A stretch of DNA of 64,000 nt from Pavona decussata. Taxonomy: Eukaryota. Every line of letters starts with the position of its first letter. Within the stretch, counting starts at the first letter, position 1. The position numbers and the translations under genes were made by a program. The notes beneath the pieces were generated by a model. It was not told the origin of the DNA. It searched no databases and was given only the letters and a program-made list of their open reading frames with translations. The DNA lies in NCBI GenBank assembly GCA_977016875.1, contig CDRNST010000080.1:496001-560000 (forward strand). The letters run 5' to 3'. This document shows positions 54,456 through 64,000 of this stretch, one piece after another.

Positions 54456-57400
54456 CTTTATTTACCCTCGAATTTACAGTGTAGCACTGAAGTGCTAATA
54501 TCTTCGAGCCAACTATATTAATAAGTAATTTTAATAAAAAGTTAATTCTATATAACAAATAAGATAACTAACTACCTAGACAACTAACTTGCAAATTATC
54601 ATGATGTAGAAAGGTTTGCAGTTCCTGCCCTTTTAAGTAAATTATTGTTCCCAGTAGATATCAGTCGTCGAAAAGAAGTAAAATCAGAAATAATGCGGTA
54701 ATAGTCAGGAAGAGAATTCCAAGATGTTGCTGCCAAGTAACTAAAAGAATTGATATCATAAGAAGTGGTCAGTGGTTTGGGCAAACAGAGTATATTATGT
54801 CCTCTTAAAAAATAGGTGCTAGAGCGTAAATGAAACATATCTTTTAAATATCTTGGATAATCAGAAAAATGAAGACATTTAAAAATAGTAAGAATCATGT
54901 TTTGTAAACGCTTGTCCTGTGATCTGATCGCCACATGAGTCGCTCATAGCTCTGTGGCTGTAAAGTCGCGGGTTCGATTTCTGCTGTGGGCTCGGGAAAT
55001 TTCTTCCGAGAATTTTCATCGTGTACATATTATCTATTTTATAGCATTGGGTGGTTGGCTGGTTCAATGAAGAAATAATTGTAAAATGTTTCAATGTTCA
55101 AACATTAAAAGTGTTGATCAAAGTTAAAGCTGGCTTGATAAACAAAATAAATACACAAAAGATATTACTAATTTTTTTTTACGAACAGTCTATATTTTCT
55201 TAAATAGCTCCACCGCAACCAACGACAACTCAGGCGCCGCCGACGACAAATGGTAAGTGACGTTGGTGTTCATGTGGACACTCAAAGTATGATAATTGTA
55301 TTCACGTTTTTTATCACAGATCGGAAGATACAGGCTGGTTGTACCTTTATATTCTTTATAGCCTATTAACTTCTGCGCAATCAAAATTCATTAATATATA
55401 TATATTCAAGAACTGACATTTCAACCTTTGAACAAGTTTATCGGGAAATTCGTTCACACTGTAGCATTCAAAGCTAGCTTAATAAATAAAAGAAAATACA
55501 CAAAAGCTATTACTAATGCTAACAGACTAATTTTCTTAAATAGCTCCACCACAACCAACGACAACTCAGGCGCCGCCGACAACTAATGCCCCATCCTCCA
55601 ATGGTAAGTGACGCTGGTGTTCGTGTGAATACTCAAGGTATGATGATAGTATTTCACCTTTAATTACATCCATTTTGAAATCACTGGTGATCCTTGGAAT
55701 CTGATTGGTCCAAAATGATGCAATTTATTCCCAAATTGCACCATTTTTTGGTCTTAATTGCATCCTTTCTTTAGCCCATCAAAATGGAAATGAAGTAACA
55801 CAAATAGAATATTAATATTGACAATGATACTCTGTGATTTCAAAATGGATGTAATTAAGTGGTAATTGAACTTCGTGTCGTGCAATTTTGGTCTGAAATC
55901 ATACTTGTGATTTCAAATCAAACTCGCGCTACGCGCTCGTTTGATTTTGAAATCACGCGTATGATTTCAGACCAAATTGCACTCCACTCAGTTCAATTAC
56001 CAATATTGATATCGCAGATCAGGATTCAGATTCAGGCTGGTTGTAGCTGTATGTGTCTATACGACAAAATTAATTATTTCCTTTCTTGTCGACTCCACAT
56101 GCTCAAGAAACTGACATAACTTTTGAACAAGTTTATGTGGCAATTTGTTCACTCTGCAGACAAGAACAAGTAAAGAACAAAACATTAAAGAAAGCATTCT
56201 GGTGATCAACCATGCATAAGATGACTCTTCTTTTATCTTAGATCCAAGCTGTGATTTTGAAACGGGTCTTTGCTCATGGCAACAAGCAACCTCGGATGAT
56301 TTTGACTGGAGCCGGATTGCTGGCACCACTCCATCGTCTGGTACAGGACCTTCTACTGATCACAGCGGAAATGGTTAGTGGGTTTTTTCGAATCTGCACA
56401 CAAATAGCTCTTAAAAATTAACATCATTTAGAGGTTAGTATTGCAGCAAATGAAGGATCATCGCAAGTGAAACAGAATGCTCATATGTTTCATTATACCT
56501 CTCTGCAAAAGGATGTTTTAAAAGTAAGGGAAAAAATTTGCTGAGTTTGACAGCTTACTGTCATTCCATTTGCCTTCGCGTGCAATTCCAACTCCCTGTA
56601 CCAAGTGAAAAAAGGGGACAGATTAGCCCTTGGGATATGTGAATTTAACTCAAGTTATTTTAAGGCGTTGTGGAAACGGATGTCTGTTTCCCGGGATGTC
56701 CGCAAACGTATCTAGAAGCCTGTAAATGCCACTTGGGAAAGGCATACTGAATATTCAACAGCCACTATTTTAATTACACCACGTGACGTTGGTGCGCACC
56801 GATGACTTCCCCTGACGTCACACTGACCTTTTTGAGGACGTCTCGGGGAACCGACTCCCGTTTAGACGATGTCTAAAGATAAATTAAGTGAAATTCACAT
56901 ATTCCAGCCAACGCCCCTAGTTTCCCTCACTGTTTCCTTATTTTCTCTTGCCTGTACACTGAATAATCAACAACCTAAGTTACTGGCGATGAATTTAATT
57001 TAATTTAATTTTTGGAGAATATTGCTTTGTTCGCAAGTAGAATTATTTTTCCTGGCAAAACCATCCTCAACCATCCTTTATTTCAACAGGTTATTACGTC
57101 TATATTGAGAGCTCAAGCCCTAGATATCGCCATAAAGCCATATTAAAATTCAAAGCGGCAAACAGCAGGACGGTGTGTCTGTCTTTCTACTATCACATGA
57201 ATGGGATTGATATAAATGCATTGAGGCTTTTTAATAATGGTGTAAAGATTTGGAGCAAGAGTGGCCAGCAAGGAAATAGGTGGAACAAAGCGGAAGTGAC
57301 AATTATAGGAAATTATGACGTAAGTGACAGCAATGGTTTTTAAAAAGGTTTTAAAAGTTCAGTTTCAACTATAGTAAACTCCTAGAAAAATGGTAAATTC

Positions 57401-60328
57401 CTTAGTCTTCTTTGAATTTTTTGTTAGAGGCACTCTGAGAAGTTTTTATTTGGGAAGTCCGAAATCACATCAAACGTTTTTACGTCAATTGTATTTCTTC
57501 AAATAAATTAAAACAAATCGATGACAAACGATGTTTTTTAGTGAATAGGTCTCTTTTTACCTGATTAACTTGTTTTTTTTTCTACTTAGCTCAAAATTGA
57601 AGGTGTCACAGGAGACAGTTACCAAGGAGATATCGCCATCGATGATATATCCGTCACAGATGGCGCGTGTAGTACAGTGCCACCTTCACCATCTCTACCA
57701 CCTTCCCCGCCCACCCCTAGTCAGGGACCAGGTAAACTTAGTTTTATTTGAAGCATCTTCCTTATTCTTTTTAAAGCGCATTCATGATTTTGGTCCTCCT
57801 CGAAAGCAGTTAGCATGCAACATGATTTAGCACATACTGACGTTTCTGTTTGAAAAATATTACATTGCATGTGATCAAGCTGAATTGCTTATTTTTTTTG
57901 CCAGTTCACACATAAAGGTTTGAAACACATGAATGTGACGTAAACGACGCAGCTTACTCTGTAAGGTTCAGTAACGCGACCGCAGTTTTTTCTAAACTTG
58001 ATGTGCAGCAGCTTTTTTGTAACAGGCAAACGTCAGATTCTCGCCTACAGTTCCAAAAAAGAATTAGCTAGCAAATTCACGAGAATGGCGCAAAAATAAT
58101 TCTGACACAAAGTTTCTTTTCAGTGATGGGCTGATTCTTCTTCAAGTTAAGCAAAATGTTGCTAACAAATCACGAGCGATTTTCGTTGCAGAAAAATAAT
58201 GACCCTATGAAGAGAGACGACCAGATTTCCATGTAACCCCTTCTCTCTCTTTACACGTAATTTAAATTTACAGGGAAGTACGAATTATCTGTTTTTACAA
58301 CAGGGCCTCAAACTTGTGGTATTTCACCAGTGTCAAGAGTTATTGGCGGAGTTGATGCAGCACCAGGAAATTGGCCTTGGCAGGTATAATGCATGACGTG
58401 AATAAACAATTTTTTTATTTGGGGAGAAAATAATATACTTGTTCACGGACATCATTTGTTCATCCGTTTCATCGTCCAATGCAAGGGACGTCTAAGGACA
58501 TAAACCCTTGCAAATGTTTAAAAGTAAAGGAAAAATACTGTTTTTGTTATAGCCTGCGAATACAGCCGCCTCTCATTCGCTCCCGCTACTACTTCGCATT
58601 TCGCACGTAGTAGCAGAAGCGAATGAGAGGCGGCTCTATTCGCAGGCTATTTTTGTTAGCGAAAATTCTAAAAAGGGCATTAAAATTATGCCAAATTTTC
58701 ATTGCTTATTCATTCGCTTTTAGATCGCCCTCCTTCGAGGAAGCTCCAAGTCGTTCAGTTGTGGTGGATCTCTGATCTCTCCTGATTGGGTGGTCACAGC
58801 AGCGCATTGCATTTCGCGAGGACAGTAAGTACTGAGAAACACACCCAATTATCACGGTAAACAGTTTATGTGTTCTTCATTTACATTTCTCTTTTTAATG
58901 GACAACCTATATATTTAATCTGATTTCATCATGGCTCAGGAATGCGAATATACCTCAGTCTACATATTACATTATTTATACCATCCTTTAATCGATCTTT
59001 ATCATCCTGGCCCCGTTGGTTAAAGAGGAAATAACTTTATCCAGCAAATAAGATGCTATTCAGAGGATAAAACATATTGATTGGAGCACATTTTATCTAC
59101 GGGATAACGATTTATTCACTGCATAGAGTTGTCCGATCTTTGAACAATCGGGGCCTGTTCATTATACTCTATGCAATTGCAAACCAGTTTTAGATAAAGC
59201 TTGTTTGTAGTTACTTCGTTCTCCTTCACACCAAATTCCACAAGTAAACATATTTATAAAACAAGAATGTCATGCTTAAGACCATCTGCCCTTTGATGAG
59301 TGAATTGGATGTTTCAGGTACTGTTATTATTTTTGCATTACTGCATAATCGATCAATATGTAATAATACAGATCTGCTCCATTTCAGACCTGCTAGCTAT
59401 TACACCATCCGTCTCGGAGATCACAATCGCAAGGTTAATGAAGTATCAGAGCAGAATATTCTGGCAAAACAAGTGATAGTGCACCCTGATTACAATAAGA
59501 TCCCAATAGATTCTGACATCGCCTTGATACAGTTATCGAGACCAGCCACCTTGACCTCCAAAGTTAAGACAGTGTGCTTGCCTTCTTACAATGAAGTAGT
59601 TCCTGCAGGTTCCAAATGTTACATAACTGGTAAGGAGAAAATTATGCCACTGAATCGTGTTTGTTTGTTTGTTTGTACAATTAATTACAAATGAAGAGGT
59701 GGAATTTAAAGTTCTGTAAGCTCAAAAAAAATAACAGGGTCACGTACCGCCCTTTAAGATAAACTTTTTAGTTTGATATCTTTGCATTCTCGTTGAAATG
59801 TTATTGGTCTTTTATTGTCTTTTTGTTTCAACAAATTATTAAGCTTTAATCAGGCTAATTGGTGTTTGCTCAAGGCTTTTACCATGGATATTTTATCAGT
59901 TGTTTAGTTTTATAAAAAAAAAGTTAATGAGGTAATTTTGCTACCGTAAAGAGATGCAAGTGCTGACGTTTCAAGCGTTAGTTCTTCTTCAGAGCGAACC
60001 AAGGAATTTTGGGTAGTATATATTCATACACAGCTCATCCGGCAATTCCTGGATCCGCTCTAAGGAGAGGGCTAACGCTTGAAACGTCAGCGCTCGAATC
60101 TCTTTACAATGGTCAAATTACCGTAGCAACTTTGTTGATAAAACCAAGCATTCATTTCCACAGCCTACTGATTTAGCACCACAGTTTCTTTCAGTAGAAA
60201 AAAGCACTTTTAAAAATTTAACTTTATTATTATAATTTTTTTTTGGGGGGGGGGGGGGGTGTGGGGAGAAACCTCATAAACAGTGATTGTTGAATTGTAC
60301 GCCATTGCGAGGTAGATGTGCTTTATTG

Positions 60329-60381
<53 letters not shown>

Positions 60382-63300
60382 TGAATAATAATTTGCCTAT
60401 CTCTTTTGTAGGCTGGGGAAAAATAGCTCATCCCGGAAGCTCTCATCACATTTTACAGCAAGCTCATTTGCCAACAGTTACAAACGCCGAGTGTGCAAAG
60501 AAGCTAGCTTTGTCACCAGGTAATTATGTAAATTTATAAGAACAGTGTCCTTCTACTGGGGTCTTGAAGATTGAGGAGGCTCGCTGAGTAAAAGTTATTC
60601 TATGAAAATTCCTATTCTATGAAATGAAATCCCATTCCGCGGTAAATCTGAGTTAACCTTTTATTTATTTATTTTTCTTTTCAGGTGGTTCTTCTCTAAC
60701 AATTACTGACAAGATGATTTGTGCTGGTGTTAATGGAACGATTTTAAGTGGTTGTCATGGTGATAGTGGTGGTCCGTTCGTCTGTCAGACTTCTGCTGGA
60801 AACTGGGTTCTACAGGGCGCTGTTAGCTGGGGCTCCCCGAGATGCTCTGCTGCTGAGCGATACACAGTGTTTGCACGTGTCGCCAAATTTAGAAACTGGA
60901 TCGATCAGAACATGGGACTGACTCCTACTCCTAGTATAGGTAAAAGTGTGGTTTAACATGTTGCTCAAGTTCTAGAAAAACCATTCGGTTGTATTGCGCC
61001 CCATATTCTCACGTTATTTTACTAAACGTTTTGTTTAAACTTTGGACATATCCACAAAGATCATCTTTCGAAATCGCGTGGAATATCGCCGGATACTTAG
61101 CCGAAGAGGCCGAGGAACTTGGTTGGCTAAAATTAGCAAATATTCCTTAAGGTTGAGCATGATAATTATTTTTTAGTTTTATCAGGCTAGATAAAGAAAG
61201 TGCAATCACAGATAAAGCTAACTTGATAAATTAAAGAAATTACACAAAAGGTAATAGTGATATATTTTTTTTACGAACAGTTTATATATACTTTTTTAAA
61301 TAGCTCCACCACAACCAACGACAACTCAGGCACCGCCGACAACTAATGTCCCATCTTCCAATGGTAAGTCACGCTGGTGTTTATGTCGACACTTGAAGGA
61401 TGATGATTGTATTTCACCTCTTATATGAGAGATCCGAAGATTGAGGCTGATTGTAACATGAAAATCTTTATAGCCTATTAACTTCTGTGCGACAAAATTC
61501 ATTAATTCTTTTTTTGACAGTGCCCATGTTCAACAACTGACATTTCAACTTTTGAACAAGATGACATCGGGACGACAAAGACGAATTGAAACACACCAAT
61601 CGGCTTTTTACAGTCATGGTATCACAGCCAATGACATCACGGCTCAACTGATTAACCACTAACAATATCTGGACTTCGTTGACCAATAAGGTCAGCAGCC
61701 AGGGATATTTATACCATCTGTCCTTCTCGGGAGTACACACACCCGGATTATCATATAATTTACGTAGTAATAACATGACTCCTGGGTTTGAACCATTTAG
61801 TAACAGTTTAATAACTTCTGCACTCTGCTGACACAAACAAGTAAAAAAGAAATAGTCAAAGAAAGCTTGCTCGTGACCAACCGCCCACAATAACGAACAA
61901 ATTTGGGTATTTTTGCTCTTTTTTCTTTAGATCCAAGCTGTGATTTTGAAAGGGATCTTTGCTCATGGCAACAACAAACCTCAGATGATTTTGACTGGAG
62001 CCGGATTACTGGCAGCACTCCATCGTCTGGTACAGGACCTTCTACTGATCACAGTGGAAATGGTTAGTGCGTATTTTCATATCTGCAAATATAAAGCTCT
62101 TAAAAGATAACGGTATTTTGAGGTTAGTATTGCAGCAAATGAAACCTCCTTTGTACAACGTCATTCGTACGATCGTCGCCAGTGAAATAGTCTCCAAACG
62201 AATTCTCATGCGGTTTACTAAACCCTTATGCAAACTAGACTCAATTCGTTGTCAACGAGAGCATTGAGCAAAAATTTATCAGCTGAATTTTAGCATAGCC
62301 TGTGTGCGCTGATTGCGAATGGCAGTCGTTCAATTACATTTTTTATTATGTACTTTTTTAATTTTTAATTACTTTAATGTTGTTGTTGTTGTTGTTGTTG
62401 TTTTTTCAAAGGATATTATATTTACATGGAAGCTTCTGGTCGAGCAGTTGGCGATGTAGCTATCTTGAGATTCAAGGGTAGAAACACCAAAAGTGCGGTT
62501 TGTTTTTCGTTCTATTTCCATATGTATGGGAATGATGTGGACGAAATCGGCCTTTATAGTCGTGGAAAAAGAGCATGGAGGATGGTTGGAAATCAAGGAG
62601 ATGTTTGGAGGAAGGCGGAAATCACAATCACTGGGGACTATGATGTAAGTTTATATGGTGTATTCATTGATTTGGCTTTCATTTTTGTTTGTAATCCGTA
62701 CAGCATGATGAAGATTCTGTCCGGAATCGGATGGCAGAACGACCAAACATTGGTGGACCACCGGCAAAACTATTTTGGACCCAAACAAAACTGTTCACTG
62801 TCTTTTTGCTTTCAGCTCGTGTTTATAGCTTCAGTAGGAAACTCCTTTCAGAGTGACATAGCCATTGATGACATGTCCGTGTCTGATGGTCAATGTGGTG
62901 GAGTGCCAACTATTCCACCTAACACAGCACCTCCCAGTCAAGGACCGCCAATAAATCCAGGTTAGAGGATTTCGCGTATTGCCATTATGTTATTGATAAT
63001 GTAAAAAATCATTTCAAGGCCTTTTTCAAAAGCCTTGAATTGTGTTAAAACTTATTAAAACAAATACTGTTGCTAGATTAAAAGCTTCAGGCAAGGGATG
63101 GGGGTGGGGATAACCATACATTTTATTTATAATTTGTGGGTCATTTTGAGTGATAATGACATAATTTATATAAGAATATAGAGTCGACCCCCGATAACTC
63201 GAACCTCGCGCTAACTCGAACCAATTTTCCTTTCCTTTCAGGTCATTTTCTATATGATTTTACCTTCGATAACTCGAACTCCCGATAACTCGAACCTTTT

Positions 63301-63666
63301 TCACTTTCCCTTAAAGGTTCGAGTTACCGGGAGTCGACTGTATGAGCTGCTAAACATAGCGAAACGCAAAAAAATAATTAATAAACCTAGATCCCAAGTA
63401 ATGTCACGTAAACGCTTACCGCGTGGGAAACTTTACATACCTTTTCGTCCAATTCTTCCACCAGGTAATTGTGGTTCACGTCCAAGCAGTGGCACTCGCA
63501 TAGTCGGTGGTACAGAGGCAAATATTAACAGTTGGCCGTGGCAAGCAATGTTAGCACGCAAAGCCGGCGGCCGTCAGTTCTGTGGTGGAACCTTAGTCGA
63601 TCCTTTGTGGGTTGTTACAGCGGCTCATTGTGTAAGGGGTACATCAGCATCGAGCATAATAGTCAG
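34009..63666 (+). CDS. Gene 5 (3'-incomplete): astacin-(MAM-S1 protease)x4 multi-enzyme polyprotein
   Basis: A continuous phase-compatible exon chain from the signal peptide at 34009 to 63666 with no stop codon in the predicted exons and no other signal-peptide exon found. Modules are listed separately. One exon's acceptor lies in an N gap (before 46635). Confidence 0.78.
36610..36785 (-). mobile_element. tRNA-related SINE-like repeat (not a functional tRNA)
   Basis: Minus strand has an A box (tagctcagtggtagagc) and a B box (ggttcaattcc); degenerate + strand relative at ~54935-55010. Confidence 0.65.
39012..39084. repeat. (TTAC)n microsatellite
   Basis: Direct reading. Confidence 0.95.
40539..40761. 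mobile_element. MITE
   Basis: TIRs gcgctttccattt / aaatggaaagcgc. Confidence 0.6.
41016..47816 (+). CDS. Gene 5 module 1: linker-MAM-S1 protease-2 Thr/Pro linker exons
   Basis: Linker 41016-41060; MAM 41162-41293, 41586-41815, 42073-42214 (CNFE..C.W; DDFDW; GDIAIDDI); protease 42852-42931, 43115-43215, 43775-44016, 44388-44495, <46635-46878; linkers 47182-47241, 47757-47816. Confidence 0.87.
44617..45107. mobile_element. PIF/Harbinger-type MITE, unique to module 1
   Basis: TIRs gggcctcttcatatgatcccggt / accgggatcatatgaagacgccc; TAA TSD. Confidence 0.85.
45623..46634. repeat. (TTCA/TTCG)n compound satellite with assembly gaps
   Basis: Direct reading; interrupted by N runs and abutting the protease exon at 46635. 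Confidence 0.9.
48152..55603 (+). CDS. Gene 5 module 2: MAM-S1 protease-2 Thr/Pro linker exons
   Basis: MAM 48152-48283, 48678-48907, 49317-49458; protease 51463-51542, 51748-51848, 52310-52551, 53437-53544, 54007-54261; linkers 55208-55252, 55544-55603. His/Asp/Ser triad intact. Confidence 0.9.
49489..49581. repeat. (TCT)n microsatellite
   Basis: Direct reading; source of the poly-Ser and poly-Leu ORFs. Confidence 0.95.
50178..50251. repeat. (TTA)n microsatellite, probably a retroelement 3' tail; other TTA/AAT runs at 50772-50823 and 60330-60379
   Basis: Preceded by AATAAA at ~50166. Confidence 0.9.
51088..51259. mobile_element. Palindromic MITE-like repeat; related fragment at ~15890-15980
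   Basis: Long inverted arms agttatggatgcac..ggaagtttggagagcac / gtgctctccaaacttccc..gtgcatccataact. Confidence 0.65.
53649..53888. mobile_element. Composite Harbinger-type MITE (GATCGCA subrepeats), unique to module 2
   Basis: TIRs aggctggtttccatatgatc / gatcatatggaaaccagcct, plus a second internal left end at ~53795. Confidence 0.75.
54416..54915 (-). mobile_element. 3' end of a CR1/L2-type LINE with (TTGA)n tail
   Basis: Minus ORF ..[36 protein letters not shown].., then AATAAA and (TTGA)n. Confidence 0.75.
55861..56001. repeat. Near-perfect 140-bp palindrome (MITE-like)
   Basis: ggtaattgaac..tgcaattttggtctgaaatcatac.. / ..gtatgatttcagaccaaattgca..gttcaattacc. Confidence 0.75.
56242..61363 (+). 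CDS. Gene 5 module 3: MAM-S1 protease-1 Thr/Pro linker exon
   Basis: MAM 56242-56373, 57090-57319, 57590-57731; protease 58304-58383, 58724-58824, 59388-59629, 60412-60519, 60685-60939; linker 61304-61363. Triad intact. Confidence 0.9.
56602..56950. mobile_element. Non-autonomous DNA transposon with 7-bp TSD (P-element-like ends), unique to module 3
   Basis: TSD CCTGTAC; ends caagtgaaaaaagg / ccttattttctcttg. Empty sites (cctgtacat) at ~41431 and ~48530. Confidence 0.75.
58550..58649. mobile_element. 100-bp hairpin MITE with TAG..CTA ends and 9-bp TSD (Academ-like)
   Basis: Arms tagcctgcgaatacagccgcctctcattcgct / agcgaatgagaggcggctctattcgcaggcta; TSD TTTTTGTTA. Confidence 0.8.
59010..59154. 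mobile_element. Harbinger-type MITE related to 2811-3049
   Basis: Imperfect TIRs gccccgttggttaaag / ctttgaacaatcggggc; CTG TSD; absent at the equivalent site ~52070. Confidence 0.7.
59941..60200. mobile_element. Non-autonomous repeat carrying inverted hammerhead-like motifs; decayed copy at ~53035-53300
   Basis: Minus strand gctCTGAAGAagaactaacgcttGAAACgtcagc (59962-59995); plus strand degenerate gctctaaggagagggctaacgcttGAAACgtcagc (60057-60091). Confidence 0.5.
61931..63666 (+). CDS. Gene 5 module 4: divergent MAM and start of a fourth S1 protease
   Basis: MAM 61931-62062, 62412-62644, 62816-62960 (SDIAIDDM); protease exon 63465-63666 ([10 protein letters not shown]|IVGG..TAAHC..IIVR, phase 2 donor). 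Confidence 0.88.
63181..63340. mobile_element. pogo/Tc1-like MITE
   Basis: TA-flanked; agtcgacccccgataactcgaacc / ggttcgagttaccgggagtcgactg. Confidence 0.75.
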
Positions 63667-64000
63667 GTATGAGTGACCTTTTCTGATTGAGAAACCTTAA
63701 AAGCTCTTACTCGAAATTGTGCCTTTTTACGCCAGACGTACCAAAACAAATGGACAAATGTCTTACCAAGTCAATGCAACACCACGGTTACCTCTGTCAT
63801 ATAATTTAAATAAATACTTGTAACAAATGTATAAAATACCTATTGCCAAACGTTGCTTTTCTTGAATCCTATACTTATATAAGACTGCTGAGCCCCACAT
63901 TTGCCCTCTTTTATACGCTTTGAGGGCTTCAATTATCAACGACAATGACATTAAAATTTGATTCTGAAACATCGATTCACGAAGCCCTCTTAAAAGAAAA

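Overview
This is eukaryotic, intron-rich, AT-rich DNA. The gene and repeat content suggest an anthozoan cnidarian, probably a stony coral (inference). The window is a cluster of five secreted-protease genes, read exon by exon from GT/AG sites. (1) The 3' part of a + strand gene: ShKT-ShKT-Pro-rich linker-S1 protease. A ~4.5 kb tandem duplication removes the first stop codon in frame, giving a two-protease chain. (2) A + strand gene: signal peptide-trypsin-SUEL (rhamnose/galactose-binding) lectin. (3) A - strand simple trypsin. (4) A - strand signal peptide-trypsin-Pro-rich-ShKT gene. (5) A >30 kb + strand gene running off the window end. It encodes one frame-compatible polyprotein: signal peptide-astacin-[MAM-elastase/chymotrypsin-like S1 protease-Thr/Pro linker]x3-MAM-fourth S1 protease of a different lineage. 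Introns carry many MITEs, LINE, Penelope and SINE relics, microsatellites and several assembly gaps. Gene models come from sequence only and have no transcript support.
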